Below the pieces are notes generated by a model, which worked only from the letters and a program-made list of their open reading frames with translations, was not told the DNA's origin and did no database searches. Positions 38,068-51,868 of a stretch of 64,000 nt of DNA are shown piece after piece. The number at the start of each line of letters is the position of its first letter. Position 1 is the stretch's first letter. Source of the DNA: Squalus acanthias. Taxonomy: Eukaryota. The translations under genes and the position numbers were made by a program. The stretch is taken from assembly GCA_030390025.1 (NCBI GenBank), contig CM059431.1, positions 145,764,001 to 145,828,000 of the forward strand, given 5' to 3'.

Positions 38068-41000
38068 CTATAGGAAGGATGTGATTGCATTGGAGAGGGT
38101 GCAGAGGAGATTCACCAGGATGTTACCTGGGCTGGAGCGCTTCAGCTATGAAGAGAGACTGGACAGGCTGGGGTTGTTTTGCTTAGAGCAGAGAAGGCTG
38201 AGGGTGGACCTGATTGAGGTGTAGAAAATGATGAGGGGCATAGATATGGTAGATAGAAAGCAATTTAAAGAGGAGATTAACACAATATTAAGGAATGGTA
38301 TTAGCTCTGATGATGTGGAATCTGTATGGGTAGAGCTAAGAAATACCAAGGGGCAGAAAACATTAGTGGGAGTTGTATACAGACCCCCAAACAGTAATGC
38401 TGTGGTTGGGGATGGCATTAAATGGGAAATTAGAAATGCTTGCAATAAGGGCACAGCAGTTATCATGGGTTACTTCAATCTACATATAGATTGTGCTAAC
38501 CAAATTAGTAACAATACTGTGGAAGAGCAATTCCTAGATAGCATACGGGATGGTTTCCTGGACCAATATGTCGAGGAACCAACTAGAGATCAGGACATCT
38601 TAGATTGGGTATTATGTAATGAGATGATTAATTAGCAATCTTGTTGTCCGAGGCCCCTTGGGGAGGAGCGATCATAATATGTTAGAATTCTTCATTAAGA
38701 TGGAGAGTGAAGTAGTAGTTGACTCAGAGATCCTGGTACTGAATGTAAATAAAGCAAACTACGATGGTATGAGGCACGAGTTGTCTAGGATGGATTGGGG
38801 AATGTTACTTAAAGGGTTGATAGGTGGATACGCATGGCAAACATTTAAAGATCGCATGGATGAACTACAGAATTTGTTCATCCCTGTTTAGCATAAAAAT
38901 AAAACAAAAAAGGTGACTCAACAGTGACTAACAAGGGAAATTAGGGATAGCATTAGAGCCAAGGAGAGAACATATAAATTGGTCAGAAAAAGCTGCAAAT
39001 CTGAGGATTGGGAGCAGTTTAGGATTCAGCAAAGCAGGACAAAGGGATTAATTAAGAGGGGGAAAATAGAGTTTGAGAGTAAGCTTTCAGGGAACATAAA
39101 AACTGATGGTAAAAGCTTCCATAGATATGTGAGGAGAAAAAGATTGGTGAAGTCAAGCGTAGGTCCCTTGCAGTCAGAATCAGGGGAATTTATAATGGGG
39201 AACAAAGAAAAGGCTGACCAACTAAATACATACTTTGGTCATGTCTTCAAAAAGGAGGACACAAATGAACTCCCAGAGATGTTGGGGAACATAGGGTTTA
39301 ATGAGAGGGAGGAACTGAATGAAATCAGTATTTGTAGGGAAATGGTGTTAAGGAAATTGACTGGATTGAAGGCCGATAAATCCCCAGGGCCTGATAATCT
39401 ACATCCTAAGGTACTTAAGGAAGTGGCCCTAGAAATACTAGATGCATTGCTGGTCATCTTCCAAAATTCTATATACTCTGGAACAGTTCCCATGGATTGG
39501 AGGTTGGCTAATGTAACCCCACTATTTAAAAAAGGTGGTAGAGAGAAAACGGGGAATTATAGACCGGTAAGACTGACATCGGTAGTAGGGAAAATGCGAT
39601 AGTCCATTATAAAAGATGTAATAGCTGAGCACTTGAAAAACAGTGGCAGGATCGGACAAAGTCAACATGGATTTACAAAAGGTAAATCATGCCTGACTAA
39701 TCTACTGGAATTTTTTGAGGATGTAACTGATAGAATAGATAAGGGAGAACCAGTGGATGTGGTGTATTTGGACTTTCAGAAGGCTTTCAATAAGGTCCCG
39801 CATAAGAGATTAGCGTGCAAAGTTAAATCACATGGGATTGGGATAAGGTACTGACTTGGATAGAAAACTGTTTTGCAGACAGGAAGCAAAGAGTTGGAAT
39901 AAACGGGTCTTTTTCCAAGTGGCAGGCAGTGACTAGTGGGGTACCGCAGGGATCGGTCCTAGGACCCCAGCTATTCACAATATATATTAATGATCTAGAC
40001 GAGAGAACTGGATGTAATATCTCCAAGTTTGCAGACGACACAAAGCTGGGTGAGCGTGTGTGCTGTGAGGAGAATGCAGAGAAACTCCAGTATGATTTGG
40101 ACAGGTTGGGTGATTGGCAGATGCATGGCAGATGCAGTATAATGTGGATAAATGCGAGGTTATCCACTTTGATGGCAAAAACAGGAAGGCAGATTATTAT
40201 CTGAACGGCAATAGATTGGGAAAAGGGGAAGTGCAACGAGACCTGGGTGTCCTTGTTCACCAGTCGCTGAAGGTAAGCATGCAGGTGCAGCAGGCGGTTA
40301 AGAAAAGCAAATGGTATGTTGGCACTCATAGCGAGAGGATTCGAGTACAGGAGCAAGGATGTCTTGCTGCAGTTGTACAGGGCCTTGGTGAGATCACACC
40401 TTGAGTATTGTGTGCAGTTTTGGTCGCCTTATCTGAGGAAGGATATTCTTGCCATGGAGGGAGTGCAGCGAAGATTCACCAGACTGATACCTGGGATGGC
40501 AGGAATGACGTATGAGGAGAGATTGGGTCGATTAGGCTTATATTCGCTAGAGTTTAGAAGAATGAGAGGGGATCTCATTGAAATTTATAAAATTCTAACA
40601 GGACTAGACAGACTAGATGCAGGAAGGATGTTCCCGATGGCGGGGGAGTCCAGAACCAGGGGTCACAGTCTAAGGATAAGGGGTAAGCCATTTCGGACTG
40701 AGATGAGGTGGAATTTCTTCACCCAGAGAGTGGTGAACCTGTGGAATTCTCTACCACAGAAGGAAGTTGAGGTCAATTCATTAAATATATTCAAGAAGGA
40801 GATAGAGATATTTCTTAAGGCTAAGAGGATCAAGGGATATGGGAGAAGCAGGGACAGGGTACTGAAATTGGATGATCAGCCATGATCGCATTGAATGGCG
40901 GAGCAGGCTCGAGGGGCCGAATGGCCTACTCCTGCTGCTCCTATCTTCTATGTTTCTATGTTTCCCCTTAGTAGAGGGTTCAATAACCAGGCGGCATAGT

Positions 41001-41287
41001 TTCAAGGTAAGGGGCAGGAGGTTTAGAGGGGATTTGAGGAAAAACTTTTTCACCCAGAGGGTGGTTGGAATCTGGAAGTCACTGCCTGAAAGGATGGTAG
41101 AGGCAGGAACCCTCAACATTCAAGAAGCATTTCGATGAGCACTTGAAACGCCACAGCATACAAGGCTACGGACCAAGTGCTGGAAAATGGGATTAGAATA
41201 TATAGGGCTTGATGGCTGGCGCGTACACGATGGGCCGAAGGGTCTCTTTCTGTGCTGTATAACTCTATGACTCAATCTATGACTCTA
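38068..41287 (+). mobile_element. Short CR1 3' fragment (38068-38262 plus 40961-41287) inserted antisense in the above CR1
   Basis: [20 protein letters not shown]... resumes as FPLVEGSITR after the nested copy; (CTATGA) tail. Confidence 0.85.
38263..40960 (+). mobile_element. 5'-truncated CR1 of another subfamily nested in the fragment above
   Basis: EN/RT ORFs 38228-40885; (CTATGTTT) tail at ~40948-40962. Confidence 0.92.
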
Positions 41288-43528
41288 ATATAATTATAAA
41301 ACACCTTACGATTTTCCTCTATTTTGCCCGGCAATGTATTTTCATGCCCCCCCTTCGCTCTCCTAATTTCATTTTTAAGTACCCCCCTGCACTTTCTATA
41401 CTCCTCTAGGGCTGCCACTGTTTTTAGTCCTTTGTATCTGCCAAAAGCCTCCCTTTTTTCCCTAATCCATTCTTGTATGTCCCTTGACATCCAGGGTTCC
41501 CTGGGTTTGTTTGTCCCACCCTTGACGTTTACGGGAACATGTTTGTGTTGTGCTCTCTCTATTACCTTTCTGAAAGACTCCCACTGCTCTGATGTGGATT
41601 TTCCTACAAGGAGCTGATCCCAGTCCACTTTGGCCAGATCCTGCCTTATCATATTAAAAATCGAACTTCCCCCAATTTAGAACCTTTATTTCCGGTCCAT
41701 CTTTGTCCTTTTCCATGACTACCTTGAATCTCACCAGTTATGGTCACTTTCATCAAAATGCTCTGCTACTGACACTTCTACCACTTGCCCGGCTACATTC
41801 CCTAGAATTAGGTCCAGTACCGCCCCCTCTCTTGTAGGACTTTCTACATGCTGGCTCAAAAAGCTCTCCTGGTTGCACTTTAAGAATTCCGCACCTCTCT
41901 AAGCCTTTCACGCTCTGACTATCCCAGTTAATATTGGGGAAGTCGAAATCCCCTCCTATTATTATCCTATTATTTCTATACTTCTCTGAGATTTGCCTAC
42001 ATATCTGTTCCTCTATCTCACCCTGACTGTTTGGGCGCTGATAGTACACTGCCAGCAAAGTGCTTGCCCCCTTTTCGTTTTTAAGTTCTACCAATATGGC
42101 CTCATTAGAGGAACCTGCTAAGATATCATCCCTCCTTACAGCAGTAATTGACTCCTTGATTAATATTGCGACACCCCCTCCTCTTTTACACCCCCCTATA
42201 TCTCGCCTGAAGATTCTATACCTCGGAATATTGAGCTGCCAGTCCTGCCCCTCCCACAACCATGTCTCTGTGATCGCAACAATATCACACTCCCATGTGT
42301 TCATCAACACCTTCAATTCATCTGCCTTACTCGCAAGACTCCTAGCATTAAAATAAATGCCATCCAGCCTTGCCATACTCCCTTGTGCCGTTACATTTTT
42401 GCTCTGCCTTCCAGGCTGACTTGTTTTTTCCTCTATATTTGGCTGTGCATCACCTCCTACTATAGTTCCACTCCGTATCCCACCCCCCTTGCCAAGCTAG
42501 TTTAAACACCCCCCCCCCCAACAGTACTAGCAAACCTCTCCGCAAGGATGTTGGTCCCGTTCCGGTTCAGTTGCAACCCGTCCGACTTGTACAGGTCCCA
42601 CCTTCCCCAGAAGCAGACACGGTGATCCAGGAAACTAAAGCCCTCCCTCCTGCACCAACTCTTTAGCCACGCATTCATCTGCTCTATCCTCCTATTTCTA
42701 TACTCACGAGCACGTGGCACCGGGATTAATCCAGAGATTACAACCTTTGAGGTCCTGCTTTTTAATCTGCTACCTAGCTCCCTAGATTCTTGCTGTAGGA
42801 CCTCATCCCTCTTTCTACACATATCGTTGATACCAATGTGAGCCACGACCTCTGACTGTTCGCCTCCCCCTTCAGAATGCCCTGCAGCCGTTCAGTGACA
42901 TCCTTAACCTGGCACCAGGGAGGTAACATACCATCCTGGAGTCACATCTGCAGCCACAGAAACGTCTATCACTATTGCTCTCCCACACTTTTTCCTCCCC
43001 TCCTGTGCAGCTGAGCCACTCGTAGTGCCACAGACTTGGCTCTTGCTGCATTCCCTGAGAAACCATCTCGCCCAGCAGTATCCAAAATGGAAAATCTGTC
43101 CGAGAGAGAGATGGTCCCAGGGGACTCCTGCACTACCTTCCTAGTTCTTTTACTCTGTCTGGCGGTCACCCATTTCCTGTCTGCCTGTGCACACTTTACC
43201 TGCGTTGTGAACACCTCGTTAAACGTGCTATCCACGAAGATCTCAGCTTCGCGGATGCTCCACGGTGACTCCAGCCGCAGCTCCAGCTCCGAAACGCGGA
43301 TTTCTAGTAGCTGCAGCTGGAGACACTTCCTGCACACGTGTTCGCCCTGGACACCGAACGTGTCCCTGACTACCCACATAGCACAGGAGGAGCACTCCAT
43401 GCTGCCGAGCTGCCCTGCCATGTCCTACCCTTAATTTACTCCCTTTACTTCCATTAAATTAAAGGATATTAAATACACTAGGGACCATACATCCCTTTAA
43501 ACACAACTTACTCTAAACTAGAGACATT

Positions 43529-44292
43529 GGCCCAGAAATTAGACTTCGATGGTTGCCGCGGGGGTAAGGATCATGCGCGATCTAACCTACCGCGCCTGCC
43601 TTTATGGTTCGGGCCCACACGAACTTCAGCTCCTGGGCCTCTCCCTGTTGCCGGCGCGCAGTGTGTGCGTGTCCCAGAGGCGCAGTTAGTTCGATGCCAC
43701 CTCTGGGATCACGTGGGCCAGTTAGAGCCAATGGCAGCACACCATCTTTCATTCATAGTTTTGACAGGAGAACTGTCAAAACTATGAATACAACTTGCCC
43801 CCAAAAGAACAGCTAAACCTCAATTAAATTTTTTTTAAAACCCATCACATTAATAAAATAACTAAAGTGGTTAATTTATTTAACTATAAACAAAAATTTA
43901 CATTTTTGAAAAACTTTAAATTCTTTTTAAAAGTTCTAAAAATAAACTTACCTTTCTTTAAAGTCTCTAAAAATATAAACCTGTTGAAATTTTTTTTAAA
44001 TAATACTTAATTAACTACTTACCTTGTTAAAAGGGGGTCTTACGCCTCCTTTTTTCATGTGTAAAATCTTCCATACTTACCCTCGCGTTCAAACCTGAAC
44101 AAAAACCTAAGTGTGCTGCATGCGCACAGCCTGTAGTGCGCACGCGGTTCACTTTGGAAACGCCCCTTTGCAATATCGGAAGTGCCGGTTTCCCGCGCAT
44201 GCGCAGTGCATGCAGGAAAACCGGCACTTCGGGACCGAATATGGGTGAGTACACAGTGCGCACTCTCCCATATTGGGACGAATTTCTGGGCC
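43529..44292. mobile_element. Non-autonomous Harbinger-like element (family A) in the CR1 5' UTR
   Basis: Perfect 12-bp TIR GGCCCAGAAATT; TSD ATT at 43526-43528 and 44293-44295. Confidence 0.92.
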
Positions 44293-44511
44293 ATTACTTT
44301 TACTTTAACGACTGGACTGTAGAAATACTCATCAGGTCCTACTTCCCTGTTTGTGACGTCACTTCAGCGGTTTTGCAGTTGTTGTTGTTTGACTGCTCCC
44401 GCTCTTGGACTCTTTCTTTGGTGTAAAGTAAGAACCAATTCCTACAGGTTAGGAAAAACAAAGGCGAAGCAAGGCAGCTCCTCCTTCCACTCCTCACCTT
44501 TCTCCTTGGCT

Positions 44512-44680
44512 CACCCAACTCGCAGCACTCTGTTTAAACCGCACTCAGTGCAAAATCGCACTTCAAAGCTTGTTTTTATAGGGCCTGAAACAAAGGATAC
44601 TTGCTGAGCCCAGTTACAGGAGAACCAGTTTAATCTAGTTTCCTTATTTAACTGCCTTCAGCTGCTCTGAATTGTAGGCC
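44512..44680 (-). promoter_or_regulatory. 169-bp TATA-containing module, copy 1 (copy 2 at 51588-51756)
   Basis: Direct repeat with about 8 mismatches counted by eye; minus strand CCTATAAAAAC followed by ...GAGTGCTGCGAGTTGGGTG. Promoter function is inferred. Confidence 0.7.
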
Positions 44681-44745
44681 TTGCACTCTTTTGGGCAAAC
44701 ATAAAACGACTGTAAAGCAATAGAACTTTAAATAAAATTAACAAA

Positions 44746-47700
44746 TTAAATTAGTATTATATTGGCCGGTGTGACAATGCGCTCCAGTCCTTGCGGCGCC
44801 CGCTGGTCGCAGAAGGCCTCGAGCGTGCCGGCAGACACCACGTCCTCCATCGCTAGGGACACCCGGGCGCGAACATAGCTGCGGAAGGGAGGCAGGCAAT
44901 CGGGCCGAACGACCCCCCCGACCGCCCACTGCCTGGCCTGTTTATGGCTACTTTTGCCAGGCCCAAGAGCCATCCCACAAGGAGGTCCTCCGACCTGCCC
45001 GCTCCCCTCCACACCAGGTGACCTTAGATCAGGAGCGTGGGACTGAAGGGCGATGAAAAATCGAGGAGCAGCCCCTTCAAATATTGAAAGAGGGGCTGCA
45101 ACCTCTCACATTCTATGTACATATGGAACACGGACTCCTCCAGGCCGCAAAAAAGACAGGCGGTCTGGGAGTCCGTGAACCTACTTAGAAACGGATTGCA
45201 CGGGACTGCTCCGTGCAACACCCTCCAGGCCAAGTCCCCAATAGAAAAGGGGAGGTCTCCCGCGTAGAGAGCCCTCCATTGGGGACCTTCACCTCCGCCG
45301 GACGGCAAGATGGCACGCCAAGGTGTGTCCGGACGGCAGGCGAAGATGAGAAAGTGGAAAGTGTGCAGGAGCAGACCATACAGGAAACCCCTCCATGCAG
45401 AACTGAAGGGCACGGAGGGCATTTCCCAGAGATGGCTCAAGTTGTGAGGCGCCGGTTCCCGAGAGGGGTTTCGGGGCCGCGCGCCGATGAGGAATTCCGT
45501 CTGAACTGGATTGCCCCACGTGCCTGAGCCTCCTCGATACACCTAGTGGAGTCGGGGCCCAGTGCCACTTTCAGCGACTCGATGGCTTTGGTCGCGCGCC
45601 AGCCCGCTCCTCCGCCATCGAGCAGGTCCCTGACTCTGATCACCTTGCCAGGCACAGCCCTGCCCTCCGCCAGCCACCCGATCCGTCGGACGTGGAGGTG
45701 CGGATTCCTGAGCAGCGGCTCCCGAAGGAGAGCCGCCACTCCTGACAGGGGAGAACTCCGCCTGGAGGCGAACTGGTTCCAGACCCATAGCAGTTCCTGG
45801 TAGAAGACAGGCAGCTCCCACAGGTAGGCTCGCGTGCGGCCCAATTCCACAAACAGGAGCTGCGTGTCGTAGTTGAGGCCATGCATCTGGCGGAAGAAAT
45901 ACTTCGCCAGCGCACACCATCTGGGAGGATTCTCGACGTAAAGGTACCTCTGCAGCGTCTGAAGACGGAAAGTCGCCGCCTGGGTGCGAAGGCACACCAG
46001 CGCCTGACCGCCCTCCCTAAGCGGGAGACACAGAACCGCGGCAGGGACCCAGTGCTTCCTTTTGTCCCAGAAGTCGATGAGCATCTTCTGTATCTTGGCG
46101 ACAAATGCAGGGGGAGGGACCAAAGTGACCAACCGGTACCACAACATGGCGGCCACCAGCTGGTTTATGACCAGAGCTCGACCCCTGTAGGACAACACTC
46201 GGAGCAACCCTGTCCAGCGTCCTAGGTGAGCGGTGACTTTGGCCTCCAGCTCTTGCCAGTTCGCCGGCCAGGTGTCCTCGGCAGGGCCGAGGTAGACTCC
46301 CAATTAGAGGAGGTGCGTTGTGCTCCAGGCGAAGGGCCTGAACTCCTCCGGCAGGGAGTCCACCCGCCACTGGCCCACCAGGAGTCCAGAACATTTCTCC
46401 CAGTTGATCCTGGCGGAAGATGCGTCCGAGTAAATCTGCTGGCATTCTCGTATCCTCCGCAGGTTGACGGGATCCGTGACCATGAGGAGCACATCATCGG
46501 CGTAAGCCGAGAGGACGACCTCCACGCCCGGCCCTTGCAGAGCCAGTCCCGTCAACCTCTTCCGCAAGAGGCGCAGGAAAGGCTCCACGCAAACGGCATA
46601 TAACTGACCGGACATGGGGCATCCCTGATGCACCCCCCTCCCAAAGCGAAGGGGCGCCGTCAAAGACCCGTTAACTTTAATCAGACACTCCGCGGCGGCG
46701 TACAAAAGTCAGATCCGGGCGACGAAATGCGTCCCAAACCCGAATGCGCGCAGAGTCCCGAAAAGATACTCGTGATCCACCCTGTCAAACGCCTTCTCCT
46801 GATCCAGGGAAAGGAATGCGACCAACAGACCAGTCCTCTGGGAAAGGTGGACCAGGTCCCGGACCAGATGGATTTTGTCGTGGATTGTCCGGCCCGGGAC
46901 CGTGTAGGACTGGTCGGGGTGGACCATGTGGGCCAGCACGGTGCCGAGGCGGGCAGACATGGCCCTGGCAAAAATGTTATAGTCCGTGCTGAGGAGGGAG
47001 ACCGGGCGCCAGTTTTTTAAAAGGCGGAGATCACCCCTCTTGGGCAGCAGGACGATGACCGCCCTGCGCCAAGAGAGGGGCATCTCCCCGGTCGCCAGAC
47101 TTTCCCCCAGGACCCACGCATAGTCGCCCCCCAAGACATCCCAGAATGCACTGTGGAACTCCACAGTCAGCCCGTCCAGCCCCGGGGACTTTCCCCTCGA
47201 GAGCTGGCCGAGGGCGCCGGTCAGCTCCGCCAAGCTTAGCGGAGCGTCCAATTCTTCGGCGCCCTCCGGGCCGACCTTCGGCAGGTCCTCCCACAAAACT
47301 CTGCACGCATCCTCACTGGACGGATCCGGAGAGAACAGAGCCCCGTAATAGGCTCGGGTCTCCGCGCTGATCCCCTCCGGATCCGAGACCAGAGATCCGT
47401 CGTCGGCCAGCAGCCCCAAGAGCTGCTTACGGACCCCTCGTCTTTTTTCCAGCGAGTAGAAGAAGGGGGAGCCGCGGTCCAGTTCCCGGAGGAACTGGAT
47501 CCGCGACCTCACGTATGCGCCTCGGGACCCGACCAGCTGCAGGTCCTTCAGCGCGCCCTTCTTCTCTTCGTACACCTTCTGCAGGGCCGGGTCTTCGACG
47601 ACTTGACCGAGACGGGACTCCAGGTCGAGCACCTCCCTCTCCAACCGCCCAACCCGGGCCTCCTGCCTCTTGGTCGACCCCCTCGCGTACTCTTGACAGA

Positions 47701-48531
47701 AGAGACGGACGTGAGCCTTGCCCACGTCCCACCATAGCCTCAAGGAGGGGAAGCCCCCCTGCTTCCTTCTCCAGTTGGCCCAGAACCGGCGAAACGAATC
47801 CCGGAACCGCACGTCCTCCAGCAGCAGGTTGTTAAAATGTCAGTACGCGGACCCCCCCGGCGCGCGCAACGGAGCGAGCTCCTGCCCACACCAGGTGGTG
47901 GTCCGTGCACGGCACCGTCCGCATGGAAGCCGCCGGAACGCAGGAGACGTACGCCCGGGAAATATAAAGGTGGTCGATTCTGGACCTTCCTCCTCCAGAC
48001 CCCACCCAAGTGAAGGCGCTGGAGTCGGGACGGGGATTTCGCCAGATGTCCACCAATTCGAAGGACCCGACCAGGTCCCTCAACTTCACCATCGCCGCCA
48101 GGCTTCGCGGAGGGCCCGAATGGTCCCTCGCCTCGAGTGTACAATTAAAATCCGCCCCGAGGATGACGCACTCGCCGACGTCGACGGTGCCCAGAAGAGC
48201 GGACACTTCTTCGAAGAAGCGCACTTGCTGCGCACCGGCCTGGGTGGCGTGCACGCCCACTACATGGAGCGGCATGCCCCCCAGGCGAACAGTGACCTGG
48301 AGCAAGCGGCCCGGCACATGCTCCTTGACCCCCAAGATCTGCAGTTGAAAATGCGGGGCCAGGAAGATAGCCACCCCACCGGAGCCACGTGGCCTCGTCT
48401 CCCGGAACGGTGTGAGTTTCCTGCAGGAAGCACACCGCATGCCTCCCTTCCTGAAGGGACGAGAAGTTATTAAATCTACGGCGTGCCTCTCTGCTGCCAT
48501 TGATGTTGAGGCTGGCTATGGTTATCTTCAT
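44746..48531 (-). pseudogene. Tx1 ORF2 (APE endonuclease, RT, zf-RVT)
   Basis: MKITIASLNING; NWRPVSLLSTDY; LDQEKAFDRVDH; QGCPMSG; AYADDV; CLFCGLEESVFHMYIEC. Confidence 0.93.
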
Positions 48532-48562
48532 GACAAGAGCATAGTGCAACCTCTACCTTACT

Positions 48563-50625
48563 CTAACGGGAGGAGGGAGCGCGGCCGCTAGTCGACCGCC
48601 ACTCCCTTCTAAGCCCAGCGAGGAACTTCCGGATCCGACGCCGCTCAGCCGGGCCCACGCCCCCGTCCGCGCCCATGGTTTTGACTGCGGCGCGGACGGA
48701 GCAAACGAGCAGCGCCAGATCCGACCATTTATCAACGGCCAGCCGGATTATATCCTGGCGACCCTGGCCCATTGCCACAAAGTCCCGGAGATCCACAACG
48801 GGGATGAGGGGGGACCCGGAGGGGGGCACGAGGGCATCCACCGCCTCGCTGGCGACGGATTCCATGTCATCCTCAGTGTCCTCCGCCGGGTCCCCGTCCT
48901 CCTCCGGGGGTTCGCCATTGGCCGGCCCTACCTTTGCCCCGATCCCACTCCCAGGATCAGCAGCAGAGTCCTCCTCCCTGGGCTCCTCCAGAGGCGCCGG
49001 GTCAGGAAGCGGCGGCGGCTCGGGCCCCTCCTCCGCCCCCGGCACCGGGGTGCATGGGGAAACCGGGGAGTACATTAGTGCCAGTTCCCCCAACACCCCC
49101 AGCGCCAACGTCGGAGACGGAGTCAGGTGGCCTTCCCCTTCACCGCCACCATCCTCTGACCCAGCGGACCGGGGACATTGATTGAATTGCTCCACCAGGT
49201 CGAGCAGCACCTGGGAGTAATCCTGACCGTATACGCCTGCCCCAGTCCCCAGGACGCCCGACCTGGCGAGAAAAACGGTTCAGTGTAATTTCCAACCGCG
49301 GGTAGTTCCGCTGCCCCCCCCACGAGCAGGGCCTCTTCCCCATCCCCTGGGAGGCACAGGCTGGACAGACTCATCTGTCGTGCCCTCCCGAGGGACAGGC
49401 GACCCCTCCCGGATGTCGGTGACGGTGTCGCTGGGGGGGGGGCGCAGCACCCGCGGCGGGCGACGACTCCCCTTGCGAGGGGTGCCCTGTTCCTCGCGGT
49501 CCTCCTCCTCATCCAGGGCGTTGCGCCTCCTTTTCAGTGCGGAGGGACACGAAGGTTGGGAGACCTCCATGTGTACCGAGGCCTCCATCGCCGCTCCCCA
49601 CTGTCGATCGGTTTGCTCGGGGGTCCCGGGCCCGGTCACGGCCGCAGGTCTCGATTTTGCCGCCTCGGCGGTTGCGGCCGCAGACCCGGGCACGAGGCCC
49701 TCCGCACTCTCGAACTACGCCACCACCCGCGCAATGTATGGGGGCGCAAGCTCGGGTAGATAGTCGTGTACGTCAAGGGGACCCGCCTGAAGGTGTTTGG
49801 TTTTCCTCCGCGCCTTCCTTCCGATCGGACGCTCCCCCTTCCCCTCCACCGGAGGCCGCGACGGCGTTGACCTCCGGCGTCGACCGCGCATCGGGTTTCG
49901 CGGACGCGCAGGACAGAAACAGGGGGAGGAGCGGCGGCGGCGCCAGCCTTGGCCGCCTCAGATGTTTTGGCGGCTGGAGGCGGGCAGTTTCTTCTTATGT
50001 GCCCCACCTCCTTACAGGCTTGGCACCGCACACCGTCCAACGTCCAGAAGACGCGGTAGGTGGTCCCCTCGTGTTGGACGCTAAATGCGCCTTCCGTGTC
50101 CTCCTCCCGCACCAGCTGGATAAACAGCTGGCACCGGAAGGAGAAGATGTGCCGGAGGCTGGCCACCCTACAGCCGAGCGGGATCGGATTAATCCCCGAC
50201 CTCACCTCCCCCAGTTGACGTAGGTGGGGGAAGAGGAGCTCAACTGGAACAAAGGGCGGGACGTTGGAAAGAACGAGTCGCTGCGCGGTGGCCTCGAGCG
50301 GATCCACCGGCAGGAAGGTCCCGCCCATGGTGAGCCCCTCGGTGACGGCCAGGGACACCGCCTGCTCCGACCCCAGGAAGAACACAGCCTTGCCATACAT
50401 TTTAGAGGCCGCTACGATGGCTGAGGGGCCGACTACCCAAGCCATGGCTTTAACGCAAGCCTCTATGGTCATGTTGGGGTGAGTGTAGCTCTTCACCCCC
50501 AGCTTTTTGGTCAGTACCCGGAAAGGCGATGGGGAAGCAGAAGCAGCGGGACCAGCTGTGGCCGTGGCTGCCACACCCGCATACGACCTTGCTTGCCCCG
50601 TCGCCGGCGAAGATGTGCTCGCCAT
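48563..50625 (-). pseudogene. Tx1 ORF1 (RRM-like region, CCHC, long acidic/Pro-rich tail), frameshifted
   Basis: ORFs 49636-50625, 49280-49693 and 48563-49210. Confidence 0.85.
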
Positions 50626-51868
50626 ACTGAGGTGCTATAGAGGGCTACACCCACCCCAAGTCACAGGCCGGGTGATGTTTGAAATGGCCTCGGTGGTGGG
50701 TTTTTTGGTCTCTTCCCTGAGCAGAGGGGGTTGTTTTAAAAATGAAGGCACACCTCTCCCTTTGATGATTGGAATTGGGAGAGGGGCCTTCTCCCCTCTG
50801 CTCAATTGGGTAATTAATAATATATAGAGGTGCCTCGTTAGAGAGAGAGAGAGGCAGAGAGAGAGAGAGAGAGAGAGGGGGGGGTGGGAAGGAGGAAGGC
50901 CGCACGGGCCTGTTCGCCACTCAGGATAGTGGGTGGGTGGGTGCTTCTGGGGGGGGGGCACTCTCCGATGTTAGTTATCGTCCTTGTTGATGTTCTTCTG
51001 GTGGGGGGAGAAGATGTCTTCACCTGGGGAAAAAAATAAAGCTGGAGATGCCCAGGCTCAGTCCACAACCAGGTCTTAACGATGTTCTAGATTGGAAAAA
51101 TGGGTTGATGACTTCGCCTGGGCAGCTCCAGCTGTCCCAGGTCAAGCAATAGGCAAGGGGTGCTTGTTGATGGTGTGTGTGGCCTAGTTATTGGCAAGAG
51201 CCACACACACTCACACACACCCCTTGCTGTTCCGGTTCCTTCTTCTTTCCTCCCTCCACCTAAAATACAAAGTCTTTTGGAGAGTGCCCCTTAACACCCA
51301 CCTGTAGATGTTTTCTCAATGGCTCTCCCGCCCTCCAAGCAGATGTTGGTCTTGTTTTCTTTCTCCCCTCTCTCCCTCTCCTGTAATGGAAACCAGTTGA
51401 GGAGGCAGTGATGGAATGGCTCCCCTCTGTTGGTTTTCTTTTCCCCTGGCCTCTGTGGTCTTTCTCCTCTTCTCTCTCTCCACTGGCACCTCAGCAGTAG
51501 TAATTGCTGTAGTAGTAGCAGCAGCAACAGTCGTGGTGGATAGGATCTCCACTCTGCCCTTCGTGGCTCGGGCTACTTCTTCTCTTCCACCCAACTCGCA
51601 GCACTCTGTTTAGACCACACTCAGTGCAAAATCGCACTTCAAAGCTTGTTTTTATAGGCCCTGAAACAAAGGAGACTTGCTGGGCCCAGTTACAGGAGAA
51701 CCAGTTTAATCTAGTTTCCCCAATTAACTGCCTTCAGCTGCTCTGAATTGTAGGCCCTGTATATCCCTTTATAACCCTTCTTAAAGCTGGGAAATTTAGC
51801 TTTTAAACATTAACAGTATATATGAAACAAACAAAAGTTTGATTTTAGCAAACAGTTAAGACTCCCTG

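Larger units (their letters stand above)
44686..51587 (-). mobile_element. Tx1-clade (L1 group) LINE, full length, several frameshifts and stops
   Basis: ORF1 with IVAASKMYGKAVFFL and CQACKEVGHIRRNC; ORF2 with EN, RT and C-terminal zinc finger; GC/CpG-rich. Confidence 0.93.
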
